From Ranitomeya imitator (lineage: Eukaryota), in the NCBI RefSeq assembly GCF_032444005.1, contig NC_091283.1:159464001-159528000 (forward strand): a stretch of DNA of 64,000 nucleotides, in the 5' to 3' direction. Position numbers and translations under genes: made by a program. A model generated the notes under the pieces. It had not been told where the DNA came from. It did no database searches and saw only the letters and a list, made by a program, of their open reading frames with translations. Every line of letters begins with the position of its first letter. Position 1 is the first letter of the stretch. Of the stretch, positions 1-12,491 are shown one piece after another.

Positions 1-611
1 AAGACCGAGAAACAAGGCTGACACACATGAGAACAGCAGCTGTTTCCTCAAGAGCCAATGAACTTTCTGAGCAGAGGGAAGTGAGGATTGCAGACAAGAG
101 AACAAGAGCTGCTTCCTCAAGGGCCAATTAACTTTCTGAGGAGAGGGAAGTGAGGCTTGCAGACAAAAACAAGAGCTGCTTCCTCAAGAGTCAATTAACT
201 TTCTGAGGAGAGAGAAGTGAGGCTTGCAGACATGAAAACAAGAGCTGCTTCCTCAAGGGCCAATGAACTTTCTGAGGAGAGGGAAGTGAGGCTTGCAGAC
301 AAAAACAAGAGCTGCTTCCTCAGGAGCCAATTAACTTTCTGAGGAGAGGGAAGCGAGGCTTGCAGAAAAGAGAACAAGAACTGCTTCCTCAATAGCCAAT
401 AAACTTTCTGAGGAGAGGCAAGCGAGGCTTGCAGATAAGAGACGAAGAGCTGCTTCCTCAAGGGCCAATGAACTTTCTGAGGAGAGGGAAGCGAGGTTTG
501 CAGACAAGAGAACAAGAACTGCTTCCTCAAGAGCCAATGAACTTTCTGAGGAGAGGGAAGCGAGGCTTGCAGATAAGAGAAGAGCTGCTTCCTCAAGGGC
601 CAATGGGTCAT
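1..611. repeat. ~68-bp tandem repeat (~9 copies), probably internal to a non-autonomous Helitron
   Basis: Unit GAGCTGCTTCCTCAAGGGCCAATGAACTTTCTGAGGAGAGGGAAGTGAGGCTTGCAGACAAGAGAACAA recurs about every 67-70 bp. It explains ORFs 195..611, 331..603 and 429..623. Confidence 0.9.
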
Positions 612-732
612 CTGCTTCTATAAGCTTAGTTTTTGCCTTTTAATAATTACATTTCTATCTATTTGTTTTGTGGTTTTTGCGTGCAGAATAAATTTTTGTT
701 AATGCATTCTATTTTGCTAATAGCAGTTATTA

Positions 733-761
733 ACCCGGGCGAAGCCGGGTAGTACAGCTAG
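733..761 (+). mobile_element. Helitron 3' terminus
   Basis: Hairpin ACCCGG-gcgaag-CCGGGT (733-750), followed by CTAG (758-761) and then T. This is the canonical Helitron 3' signature. Confidence 0.7.
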
Positions 762-1374
762 TATATATATATAGCCACACACACATACATGTATATATTA
801 CATAGTCTTCTTTATTATGTATATTGCCGTCCCTTATTATACAGTGCCCTATCTTGTTATGTACAGCACCGTCCCTTACATATTGGATTTTATAGAGTCC
901 TGTTTTTTATTACATACCGTCGTGTCTTGTTAGCTGCATAATGCAATGATGGCTGATGGAGCATGGGAAAGCTTCTTTTCTAAAGGAGGAGCTGATGGAC
1001 TGGTAGTCTGGTCACTGGCTCCTCCATCAGTAGTCATTTTATATCTAACAAGAGAGGGGACTACGTAATAAAAGAAGGTGCTGTGAATAACAAAAATAAC
1101 AAGAATACACTGTGTAAGAGACAGCGCTGTACATAACAGCAGAGGAAGCTATATAATAAGGGAGGGCATCATATATAACTAGAGAAGATGGTACATAATA
1201 AGGGATGGTGTTATGCATAACAAAAGAGGAAACTGTATCTAAGGATGGTGTTATACATAATAAGTGAGTACACTATACACTAAGGGACTGTGCTATACAT
1301 AAGTGAGTACACTATATACTAAGGGACTGTGCTATACATAATAAGTGAGTACACTTCATACTAAGGGACTGTGT

Positions 1375-2213
1375 TAGACATAATAATCGATAATCCCATC
1401 ATTGTCCTTTCCACTGCCATCATCATTGTCTTCTCCCCCAAAACCCCCATCATTGCCCATTCCACGACCTCCATCATTTCCTCCTTCCCCACCATTGCCC
1501 TTTCCACCACCACCATCATTGTCTTTTCCCCCATCATTGCCTTTCCCCCCATCATTGCCTTTCCCCCCATCATTGCCCATTACACGGCCTCCATCATTTC
1601 CCCCTCCCCACCACCCCCATTATTGCCCATTCACCACCTACATAATTTCCTCCTCACCCATAACCCCCATTATTGTACTTTCCACCACCCCATCATTGCT
1701 TTCTCCCCCACCACCCCTATTATTGCCCTCTCCGTCAACCCAATCATTGCCTTCTGCCCCATAACCCCCATCATTGCCCTCTCTGTCAACCCAATCATTG
1801 CCTTCTGCCCCATCACCCCCATCATTGCCCTCTCCTCCACCTACACACACACAGACACACATAGCACCATTCACCTCTCTGCATACACATACACACACAC
1901 ACCTCTCTTCTGCACATGGTATGCTGAAGCACCATCACTGGCAGCTTTCTGTCTCACACAGTTGTGGCGCTGAATGATGATGCATTCCCAGCAGTTCCGC
2001 TCTACTGCCATTTTCTCTTGCATGCAGCGGAGCAGCAGGGATTGCTCCCTGCCCGCCGCAAATGAGGGTAATCTGGCCAGGGGCCCCCCGGAACCTCGGG
2101 GCTAGATAAACTGGCCAGATTGTCGTCATTATTAGCCGCCCTGCAGGGGCCCCCCCAGAGCCTCCGGGCTCCGATGCGACTGCACCGGTTGAACAGGCGG
2201 TATGTCCGTCCAT
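1375..2213. mobile_element. Non-autonomous hAT-like element fragment with C-rich (CCATCATTGCC-type) low-complexity expansion
   Basis: 1860-2213 is visibly homologous to the reverse complement of 32466-32830 (shared GAACCTCGGGGC, GGCCAGATTG, GCCCTGCA, TATGTCCG). Both copies abut the same low-complexity tract. No TSD found. Confidence 0.55.
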
Positions 2214-2739
2214 GGTGCCTATACTGTGTAGAGAGCACGCAGCTCCCTTCTGGCTGCACACAGACCCTCCACTCGCCTGACATGTAGCATCCACATTCTA
2301 TAGTTGTCTGATTCTTATAGCATGTGTATGGGCACCTTACGCCTCAGCATAATATAGGAATTGTGACAGTTTAGTTGCTCTTTAATGGGAATGAAGTTTC
2401 TTCTGACATTGCTCTCATGATGGAGGTCCCAGTGGTAACAGCCACAACCGACTCAGTGATATGGTGACTGCCTATTGCAGCCCACTGACAGGAGCTGAAA
2501 AAAAGTTTGTGTCACAGTCAGAAGTTTATTCAGTCTTTTGCTACTTATCTCAAATACTCATCTTTATTGTGAGCCCAAGTCAACAATGCAAGGAGTGACT
2601 GAATCCAGTGCAGGTGAGAAATGCGCCAGGGATAGCTGAGATCAGCAGAGGATGTGTCGGCTCTCCTGTGGTGTAGTATATAGAGGATATTATATTGTCC
2701 TGATACTCGGGGTATGGAATAATGATGCCAATACCCGGG

Positions 2740-3270
2740 TGCAGAACAACGAAGCTGGCACTCGGTATATGGGATAATGACACTGATATTCGGGGTATGG
2801 GATAATGACGCTGATATTCAGGGTACAGGATAATGACGCTGATATTCAGGGTACAGGATAATGACGCTGATATTCGGGGCACGGGATAATGACGCTGATA
2901 TTCGGGGTACGGGATAATGACGCTGATATTCGGGGCACGGGATAATGATGCTGATATTCGGGGCACGGGATAATGACGCTGATATTCGGGCAGGGGATAA
3001 TGACACATATTCGGGGCACGGGATAATTACGCTTAGGCCGGGGTCACACTTGTGTGTGCAATGCAAGAAACTCGCATCAATACCCGACACTGCCGCCGGC
3101 ACTTGGGACCATAGCGTGTGGCTACATGTATTTCTATGTAGCCGCACGCTCCAGTCCCGAGTGCCGGGTATTGATGTGCGAGTTTCTCGCATTGCACATG
3201 CAAGTGTGACCCCGGCCGTATACTCTGGATTCGGGACAATGACACTGATACTTGGAGTATAGGATAATGA
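2740..3270. repeat. 28-bp minisatellite, left part
   Basis: Unit GGGATAATGACGCTGATATTCGGGGTAC with period 28 (e.g. 2883 and 2911). Same family as 9985-11200. Confidence 0.9.
3036..3217. mobile_element. Harbinger-type palindromic MITE
   Basis: TIR GGCCGGGGTCACACTTG...CAAGTGTGACCCCGGCC, nearly fully palindromic, with flanks TTA/GTA. Same TIR as 14252-19454. Confidence 0.8.
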
Positions 3271-4234
3271 CTCTGGGGCAGTAGCGTAGCTACTGGGGGG
3301 GGCAGTGGGGGCCATCGCCCCGGGCCCTGTCACATGAAGGGGCCCACTTCTGTGACGAGGCAGAACACCGCATAGGAGCAGAGCAGTATAATGTCTGCTC
3401 CTATCTGACGGAGACTCTGCACGCTGGCGATTAGCACAGTGGCCGGCTGCAGTCTCCCTCCTGCAGTGAATGGTTTCGCCTGTCTGACCTGATCATGAAG
3501 CTTTTCCCAGGCTGCAGTTATCTTCACTCTGTGCACGCTGGGATTGGCTCAGGCACGCTGGGTCCTAGTGGCCACATCTTGCATTTCACATAGACACTTC
3601 CTGGTCCTGCCTGCAAACTTTATCAGTAAGTGTAGATGGAACAGTTTAGGTTTATTAAATTCAGGTATGTCACTGTGATGTGAATGTGAGACCATTGGGG
3701 TATTGTGGGCGCTGAAAGTGGGTGAGGGGGGACAGGCTACTGAGGGGGTGGATGTGAGATGATAGGGGTATTGGGTACTGAAGTGGGGGAGGGGAGACAG
3801 GGCACTGGGGGGGTAAATGTGAGACCATGGGGGTGTTGTGGGGGATATGATATTATATGTGCTCCATCATGTAATATTTGCTGTCTGGGGAGCCTGGAGA
3901 TGGGGGGCAGGGGGCTTTTGATGCGTACCACCAGAGTTTTTTATGAGTATTAGTATACGAAGCCCCCATACAGTAACCAAGAGCTGCATCACATTTACAG
4001 CACCACTCCAGCATTATTTTTTATTTCATTGCTGGAGCGGTGCTGAAAATCCAAGTCCCCTGCCCTCTGTCTGATACTCACCTTCTGGCGTTTTCATCTG
4101 TTTTTGTCTCTGCTCGGCTCCGTCGCCTGCAGTTTGTGACCTGTCCGCTGCTCCAGTGTTTTATGGAGCAGCGCAGAGTTCACTAATTAATGTGAGTCTA
4201 TGGGAGCCTCATTCTGGCCTCTTTCTCACTCTCA

Positions 4235-4577
4235 GGCTATGTGCACACGGTGCGGATTTGGCTGCGGATCCGCAGTGGATTGGCCATGTAAACTTATGGA
4301 AAACCAAATCCGCAGTGCACATGGTGCGAAAAATACCACGCGGAAACACTGTGTTGTATTTTCTGCAGCATGTCAATTCTTTGTGCGGATTCCGCAGAGT
4401 TTTACACCTGCTCTTGTATAGGAATCCGCAGGTGTAAAAACGCAGGCGAAATCCTCACAAAAAAACACAGGAAATCCACGGTAAATCCACAGGTAAAACG
4501 CAGCACGTTTTACCTGTGGACTTTGCAAAAACGGTGTGGAAAATCCGCATACGAATCCACAACGTGTGCACATAGCC
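4235..4577. mobile_element. Harbinger-type MITE
   Basis: TIR GGCTATGTGCACAC...GTGTGCACATAGCC with 3-bp TSD TCA on both sides. Confidence 0.85.
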
Positions 4578-4854
4578 TCATAGTCTTACATTGAGCGCTT
4601 GTGACATAGCTTCTAAATTCTGGCCAGTCAGAAGCTGCGCTCACAAGTTTGAGACGTGGGACTGCAGCAGTGCCACAAAATAGTGAATACGCCGGAGGAT
4701 GAGTAAATGACCAGGGCAGGGGACTTGTGCTTAAAACACCACTCCAGTGGTGGAAAAAAAAACCCTGCTAGAGTGGTGCTTTAGTAATTTAATAATAAGC
4801 AATTTATTACTAAAGTTGATAAAGGCTTGGAATAAATGTCTCCAGTCAATTTAT

Positions 4855-6935
4855 GGGAGCTGCAGGCCCATCATATTGTGTATAACGGAGCTGCGGGCCC
4901 ATCATACTGTGTATAAGGGAGCTGTGGGCCCATCATACTGTGTATAAGGGAGCTGTGGGCCCATCATACTGTGTATAAGTGAGCTGCGGGCCCATCATAC
5001 TGTGTATAAGGGAGCTGCGGGACCATCATACTGTATATAAGGGAGCTGCGGGTCCATCATACTGTGTATAAGGGAGCTGTGGGCCCATCATACTGTGTAT
5101 AAGGGAGCTGCGGGCCCATCATACTGTGTATAAGGGAGCTGCGGGCCCATCATACTGTGTATAAGGGAGCTACGGGCCCATCATACTGTGTATAAGGGAG
5201 CTACGGGCCCATCATACTGTGTATAAGGGAGCTGCGGGCCCATCATACTGTGTATAAGGGAGCAGCGGGCCCATCATACTGTGTATAAGGGAGCTGCGGG
5301 TCCATCATACTGTGTATAAGGGAGCTGCGGGCTCATCATACTGTGTATAAGGGAGCAGCGGGTCAATCATACTGTGTATAAGGGAGCTGCAGGCCCATCA
5401 TACTGTGTATAAGGGAGCTGCGGGCTCATCATACTGTGTATAAGGGAGCAGCGGGTCCATCATACTGTGTATAAGGGAGCTGTAGGCTCATCATACTGTG
5501 TATAAGGGAGCTGCGGGCTCATCATACTGTGATAAGGGAGCTGTGGGCCCATCATACTGTGTATAAGGGAGCTGTGGGCTCATCATACTGTGTATAAGGG
5601 AGCTGTGGGCCCATCATACTGTGTATAAGGGAGCTACGGGCCCATCATACTGTGTATAAGGGAGCTACGGGCCCATCATACTGTGTATAAGGGAGCAGCG
5701 GGTCCATCATACTGTGTATAAGGGAGCTGTGGGTCTATCATACTGTGTATAAGGGAGCTGCAGGCTCATCATACTGTGTATAAGGGAGCTGCGGGCCCAT
5801 CATACTGTGTATAAGGGAGCTGCGGGTCCATCATACTGTGTATTAGGGAGCTGCGGGCTCATCATACTGTGTATAAGGAAGCTGCGGGCCCATCATACTG
5901 TGTATAAGGGAGCTGCGGGCCCATCATACTGTGTATAAGGGAGCTGCGGGCCCATCATACTGTGTATAAGGGAGCTGCAGGCTCATCATACTGTGTATAA
6001 GGGAGCTGCGGGCCCATCATACTGTGTATAAGGGAGCTGCGGGTCCATCATACTGTGTATTAGGGAGCTGCGGGCTCATCATACTGTGTATAAGGGAGCT
6101 GTGGGCCCATCATACTGTGTATAAGGAAGCTGTGGGCCCATCATACTGTGTATAAGGGAGCTGTGGGCTCATCATACTGTGTATAAGGGAGCAGCGGGTC
6201 CATCATACTGTGTATAAGGGAGCTGTGGGTCTATCATACTGTGTATAAGGGAGCTGCGGGCCCATCATACTGTGTATAAGGGAGCTGCGGGTCCATCATA
6301 CTGTGTATTAGGGAGCTGCGGGCTCATCATACTGTGTATAAGGGAGCTGCGGGCCCATCATACTGTGTATAAGGAAGCTGCGGGCCCATCATACTGTGTA
6401 TAAGGGAGCTATGGGCCCATCATACTGTGTATAAGGGAGCTGCAGGCTCATCATACTGTGTATAAGGGAGCTGCAGGCCCATCATACTGTGTATAAGGAA
6501 GCTGCGGGCCCATCATACTGTGCATAAGGGAGCTGCTGGCCCATCATACTGTGTATAAGGAAGCTGCGGGCCCATCATACTGTGTATAAGGGAGCTGTGG
6601 GCTCATCATACTGTGTATAAGGGAGCTGCGGGCTCATCATACTGTGATAAGGGAGCTGTGGGCCCATCATACTGTGTATAAGGGAGCTGTGGGCTCATCA
6701 TACTGTGTATAAGGGAGCTGTGGGCCCATCATACTGTGTATAAGGGAGCTATCGGCTCATCATACTGTGTATAAGGGAGCTGCGGGTCCATACTGTGTAT
6801 AAGGGAGCTACTGGCCCATCATACTGTGTATAAGGGAGCTGCTGGTCTATCATACTGTGTATAAGGGAGCTGCGGGCTCATCATACTGTGTATAAGGGAG
6901 CTGCGGGTCCATCATACTGTGTATAGGGAGCTGTG
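4855..6935. repeat. 31-bp minisatellite (~65 copies, decayed copies to ~7180)
   Basis: Unit GGGAGCTGCGGGCCCATCATACTGTGTATAA with period 31 (4981 and 5012). Confidence 0.95.
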
Positions 6936-7404
6936 ATGGCATATTGTGCATATGGGAGCTGTTGGCCCATTACACTGTATATAGGGGAGCTCTGGGGGGC
7001 ATTATACTTTCTATAGTGGAGCTCTGTCAGCATTATACTGTGTAAAGGTGGGCAGTGAGAACATCATACGGTGTATCGGGGAGTTATAGAATCATCATAC
7101 TGTGTATAGGGGAGCCGTGGGGGCCTTATACTGTGTATATGGAAGCTTTGAGCTCACCATACTGTGTATAATGGAGCAGTACATGAGGGAACTTAGGGGA
7201 CATTATTAAATGTAAAGTGGGCACTTAAGCATTACTGTATTGTTATAGGGGCACTCAGAGTATTGCAACCATCAAAGTTGCATATCGTCACAATATGGCG
7301 GTAAAATCAATGTTTGTTTTTGTATATAGATTTATTTTCAATAACAGAGCGATCATATTCTGAGGTTCCACTGTATTCACAATTAGAGTGCAACCATACC
7401 TGTA

Positions 7405-9900
7405 ATTATTATTATTATTATTATTATTATACATTTTTATAGCGCCATTTATTCCATGGCGCTTTACATGTGAATACGGGGCAAATATAGACAAATACAT
7501 TAAACATGAGCAGATAACAAGGCACACGAGTACATAAGGAGGGAGGACCCTGCCCGCGAGGGCTCACAGTCTGCAGGGGGTGGGTGAGGATACACTAGGA
7601 GAGGGAAGAGCTGGCTGTGCGGCTGTTCAGTAGGTTGAGGATCACTGCAGGCTGTAGGCTTGTCGGAAGAGATGAGTCTTCAGGTTCTTTTTGAAGGTTT
7701 CTATGGTAGGCGCAAGTCTGATGTGTTGGGGTAGAGAGTTCCAGAGTATGGGGGAAGCACGGGAGAAGTCTTGGATGCGGTTATGGGAAGAAGAGATGAG
7801 AGGGGAGTAGAGAAGGAGGTCTTGGGAGGATCGGAGGTCGCGTGTAGGTAGGTACCGGGAGACCATGTCACAGATGTATGGAGGAGACAGGTTGTGGATG
7901 GCTTTGTATGTCAGTGTGAGGGTTTTGAACTGGAGTCTCTGGGCGATAGGAAGCCAGTGAAGGGCTTGACACAGGGGAGAGGCTGGGGAATAGCGGGGGG
8001 ACAGGTGGATTAGTCGGGCAGCAGAGTGTAGGATGGATTGGAGTGGTGCCAGAGTGCTAGAGGGGAGTCCAGAGAGTAGGAGGTTGCAGTAGTCGAGGCG
8101 GGAGATGATAAGGGCATGCACTAGCGTTTTTGCAGTGTTGCGGTCAAGGAAAGCACGGATCTGGGAAATATTTTTGAGTTTGAGACGACAGGAGGAGGCA
8201 AGGGCTTGGATATGTGGCTTGAAAGAGAGGGCAGAGTCGAGGATCACCCCGAGGCACCGGGCGTGTGGGACTGGGGATAGTGAGCAGCCATTGACATTGA
8301 TGGATAGGTCTGGTGGAGGGGTAGAGTGAGATGGGGGAAAGATGATGAATTCTGTTTTGTCCATGTTCAGTTGTAGAAAGCGAGCAGAAAAGAAGGCTGA
8401 AATGGCAGACAGACAGTGCGGGATTTTGGTAAGCAAGGAGGAGAGGTCAGGTCCGGAGAGGTAGATCTGCGTGTCGTCAGCGTAGAGATGGTACTGCATA
8501 CCGTGGGATTCTATGAGCTGTCCCAGGCCGAAAGTGTAGATGGAGAAGAGTAGGGGTCCTAGAACAGAGCCTTGAGGAACACCGACTGACAAGGGGCGAA
8601 GTGAGGAGGTGGTGTGGGGGAGGGAGACACTGAATGTTCGGTCTGTCAGATATGACGAGATCCAGGAAAGGGCCAAGTCTGTGATGCCAAGGGATGAGAG
8701 GATTTGTAGCAAAAGGGAGTGGTCTACAGTGTCAAAGGCAGAAGACAAGTCCAGGAGAAGGAGGACAGAGTAGTGTCGCTTGCTCCTGGCAGTTAGTAGG
8801 TCATTGGTGACTTTAGTTAGGGCAGTTTCAGTTGAGTGATGGGAACGGAAGCCTGATTGTAACCGATCAAAGAGGGAGCAGGAGGAGAAGTGGGAGGACA
8901 GTTCAAGATGGACGTGTTGCTCCAGCAATTTGGAGGCATAAGGGAGAAGAGATATTGGGCGATAGCTAGACACAGAGGATGGGTCGAGGGAGGGCTTTTT
9001 GAGGATGGGTGTGATCTTGGCATGCTTGAAGGATGAGGGAAAGACACCTGTTGTGAGTGAGAGGTTGAAGAGGTGCGTTAGGGTTGGGATGAAGACCGTG
9101 GAAAGGTTAGGGATGAGGTGGGATGGGAGCGGGTCAAGCGTGCAGGTGGTGAGGTGTGATCTTGACAGGAGGGTGGAGAGCTGATCTTCTGTCATGGTGG
9201 AGAAGCTGGTTTTGGAGGAGCAGGGTTGAGCAGCTAAGAGGGGCAGTGGGCGCTGTGGGCCAAAGCTTTCTCTGATCGTGTCGATCTTCTGTTTAAAGAA
9301 AGAGGCGAAGTCATCAGCAGAAATGAGGGGGGAGGGAGGAGGTGCGGGGGGACGGAGTAGAGAATTGAAAGTGTTGAAAAGCTGTTTAGGGTTGTGGGAC
9401 AGGGAGGATATGAGGGATGAGAAGTAAGTTTGTTTTGCGGCAGTGAGCGCAGACTTGAAGCTGGCGAGGGACTGCTTGTATGCAGTGAAGTGGTCGGCAG
9501 AGTGGGATCGCTTCCATCTCCGCTCAGCAATCCTGGAAGCCCGTCTCAATTCTTTGGTCAGGCTGGTCAGCCAGGGCTGCCTGTTAATTGTACGAGTTTT
9601 ACTATGCATGAGTGGGGTGGCCGAATCGAGTGTTGTTGTTATTGTGGTGTTATAAAAAGTGGCAGCAGCATCTGTGTCATGAAGGGAGGCTATGTCTGTG
9701 AGAGGGAGAAGGGACTCAGAGAGTGATTGTAAGTTGAGATGTTTGAGATTTCTGCGAGGGTGAGTGAGTTTGTGGAGTGGGGGTTGCACACTAGGAGAGG
9801 AGAGGGACGAGAACGTCAGTAGGTTGTGGTCAGACAGGGGGAGGGGTGTGTTAGTGAGGTTAGTAAGGGAGCAGAGGCGGGTGAAGATGAGGTCCAGCGT
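7405..9900 (-). mobile_element. 5'-truncated L2-clade LINE
   Basis: (TAA)n tail at 7405-7430. 3' stem-loop AGCGCCAT-GGAATAA-ATGGCGCT at 7441-7463. Intact RT ORF. End of the APE domain (TLDLIF...SDH) at ~9830-9900. Confidence 0.9.
7642..9789 (-). CDS. L2 LINE ORF2 reverse transcriptase (715 aa open; N-terminal endonuclease truncated)
   Basis: Motifs [40 protein letters not shown] and YADDTQ, with no internal stop. The frame stays open upstream to ~9900 and the track start is not an AUG. Confidence 0.92.
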   Translation of the reverse strand: MQPPLHKLTHPRRNLKHLNLQSLSESLLPLTDIASLHDTDAAATFYNTTITTTLDSATPLMHSKTRTINRQPWLTSLTKELRRASRIAERRWKRSHSADHFTAYKQSLASFKSALTAAKQTYFSSLISSLSHNPKQLFNTFNSLLRPPAPPPSPLISADDFASFFKQKIDTIRESFGPQRPLPLLAAQPCSSKTSFSTMTEDQLSTLLSRSHLTTCTLDPLPSHLIPNLSTVFIPTLTHLFNLSLTTGVFPSSFKHAKITPILKKPSLDPSSVSSYRPISLLPYASKLLEQHVHLELSSHFSSCSLFDRLQSGFRSHHSTETALTKVTNDLLTARSKRHYSVLLLLDLSSAFDTVDHSLLLQILSSLGITDLALSWISSYLTDRTFSVSLPHTTSSLRPLSVGVPQGSVLGPLLFSIYTFGLGQLIESHGMQYHLYADDTQIYLSGPDLSSLLTKIPHCLSAISAFFSARFLQLNMDKTEFIIFPPSHSTPPPDLSINVNGCSLSPVPHARCLGVILDSALSFKPHIQALASSCRLKLKNISQIRAFLDRNTAKTLVHALIISRLDYCNLLLSGLPSSTLAPLQSILHSAARLIHLSPRYSPASPLCQALHWLPIAQRLQFKTLTLTYKAIHNLSPPYICDMVSRYLPTRDLRSSQDLLLYSPLISSSHNRIQDFSRASPILWNSLPQHIRLAPTIETFKKNLKTHLFRQAYSLQ

Positions 9901-9984
9901 AATCAGGGTTAGCTGGTTAGGGGCCCACTCAGATGTTTCGCCCCCCCCCTAAGTTGAAACCCTAGCTACGCCTCTGCTCTGGGG

Positions 9985-11200
9985 TATGAGATGATACTCG
10001 GGATATGGGATAATGATGCCAATACTCAGTGTATGGGATAATGACGCTGATACTCGGTGTACGGGATAATGACACTGATACTCGGGGTATGGGATAATGA
10101 CATTGATTCTCGGTGTATGGGATAATGATGCTGATACTCGGTGTACGGGATAATGACACTGATACTCAGTGTATGGGATAATGACGCTGATACTCGGTGT
10201 ACGGGATAATGACACTGATACTCGGGGTAGAGGATAATGACGCTGATACTCGGTGTACGGGATAATGACATTGATACTCGGTGTATGGGATAATGATGCT
10301 GATACTCGGTGTACGGGATAATGACGCTGATACTCGGTGTACGGGATAATGGCGCTGATACTCGGTGTATGGGATAATGACGCTGATACTCGGGGTACGG
10401 GATAATGACGCTGATACTCGGTGTATGGGATAATGGCGCTGATACTCGGTGTATGGGATAATGACGCTGATACTCGGGGTACGGGATAATGACGCTGATA
10501 CTCAGTGTATGGGATAATGACGCTGATACTCTGTGTATGGGATAATGATGCTGATACTCAGTGTATGGGATAATGACGTTGATACTCGGGGTACAGGATA
10601 ATAATGCTGATACTTGGGGTACGGGATAATGATGCTGATACTCGGGTATGGGATAATGAAGCTGATACTCAGGGTACGGGATAATGACGCTGATACTCGG
10701 GGTACGGGATAATGAAGCTGATACTCGGGGTACGGGATAATGACGTTGATACTCGGGGTACAGGATAGCGACGCTGATACTTGGGGTACGGGATAACGAC
10801 GCTGATACTTGGGGTACGGGATAACGACGCTGATACTTGGGGTACGGGATAATGACGTTGATACTCGGGGTACGGGATAATGACACTGACACTCAGGGTA
10901 CGGGATAACGACGCTGATACTCGGGGTACGGGATAATGACGTTGATACTCAGGGTACGGGATAACGATGCTGATACTCAGGGTACGGGATAATGACGCTG
11001 ATACTCGGGGTACGGGATAACGATGCTGATACTCGGGGTATGGGATAATGACGCTGATACTCGGGGTACGGGATAATGACGTTGATACTCGGGGTACAGG
11101 ATAATGACGCTGACACTCGGGATATGGGATAATGACACTGACACATAGGGTATGGGATAACTTTACGCTGATGCTTGGCGAATGAGATAATGACACTGTC
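9985..11200. repeat. 28-bp minisatellite, right part (~43 copies)
   Basis: Unit GGGATAATGACGCTGATACTCGGGGTAC. It explains the 'SLSRTPSISVIIPYPEYQRHYP' ORFs. Confidence 0.95.
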
Positions 11201-12491
11201 GGGTTGCGATAGATAGGACACCCCATCTTCCACTCTTCCATCTTGCCCCCAGGATTGTACATATGGTGGGTGCCCAGTTGCCCTGTGGCACATGTCTCTC
11301 CCCATCCACACATGGTGTCAGCGCTGTTTACTTGCAGAACTATGCCAGGAATGTGGATGACCGTGGGTGCTCTTGGCTTTTTCACATAGCAGGAAAATCA
11401 ATAGTGTAACACAACTGCCTTGTCCTGTGTGACTTGTATCTGTACAGACACTGCGTCACCACACATTCTGCTACCCTGCACTATACATGGAGGAGCCTGG
11501 ACACCAGAAGTGATTCCACAACCTGGGTCTGTGGCATAACCTGGTGAGAGCACTCCACCTTCCACAGTGACACGGAGGATTGCAGCCATGCCCGTCTGCT
11601 CGGAGGACTGACTGGAGGCCGTTGCCTGTCTGGGTGAGTTCTCTGTGCTGCTTGGACACCTGCACAATTTCATAGCTTTACAGGTTGGGTGACAAGTGCT
11701 GCCCACAAATCAGCCGCTTTCATAGACATTTCTGCAACTAATCTGCCATGTGGAGCGGTTATTCTCTGTGGCACCAGATGTGATGGTGGGCGGAACACGA
11801 AATAGTTATATCCAAGGGTGTGGGATTTATCTGTTATCTACAGAGGTGCTTGAAAATTTGTGAACTCTTCAGAATTTTTGTTTTTCGTACAAATGTTACT
11901 TAATATTACATCGAATTTTCATGAGACCTAAAAGTAGATAAAGAAACAAAACAAAGAAGCGAGTCAGGAAAATTAGACACTGTCAATTTTTTATTGAGGA
12001 AAAGGTTTCCATATCCCATGTCTGTGAGTTTCAGAAGTATGTGAACCTTTGCTGTCAGTATCTGGTGTAAACCCCTTCCGCACTAATAACTGCACCTTAA
12101 CATTTCTTAATTGTTACAGGACTGTGACTTGGCCGGTCCAAAATGTTATATTATAGAACAACTTGTGGCTTTGGGTCATTGTCTTGAGGTATGACCCCTG
12201 TAAACTTGAGTTTCGGCATAATTCAGAATTTAATGTTGCATTAATGATGGCAGCCGTCCTGGCCCAGATGCCACAAAATCTGTCCCAAACTATGATACTA
12301 CCACCATTGCATGTAACAGACAGTAGAAGTTTACTTTTATGTGTAATGCATGGATTTTCCTTTCTCCAAACATAATGCTTGCCATTTAAACCAAAAAGTT
12401 CTATTTTTAGTCCTATCTGTCCACCATTGTTTCAGTAGCCCTCTGGCTTGTCCAGGTGAGCTTTAGCAAGCTTCATTTGGGCGACAATGTA

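Larger units (their letters stand above)
3279..9976. mobile_element. 6.7-kb composite non-autonomous hAT-type element
   Basis: Exact 8-bp TSD CTCTGGGG at 3271-3278 and 9977-9984. Imperfect TIRs CAGTAGCGTAGCTA / TAGCTACGCCTCTG. It splits one 28-bp satellite array in two. Confidence 0.8.

Noticed and set aside
1-611. Hammerhead look-alike on the minus strand of the 68-bp repeat (TTGAGGAA ... GAAAGTTC)
   Set aside because: No stem II closing directly onto GAAA and no stem I pairing.
926-1070. WD40-like peptide (SFFSKGGADGLVVWS) preserved here and at 43500-43640, suggesting a captured exon
   Set aside because: The segment is a small palindromic repeat (ATGAC.GCTGATGGAG inverted ends). The translation is short, ends in a stop and has no donor site.
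2740-11200. 28-bp and 31-bp arrays resembling CRISPR repeat lengths
   Set aside because: Units are head-to-tail without unique spacers, there are no cas genes, and the context is eukaryotic.
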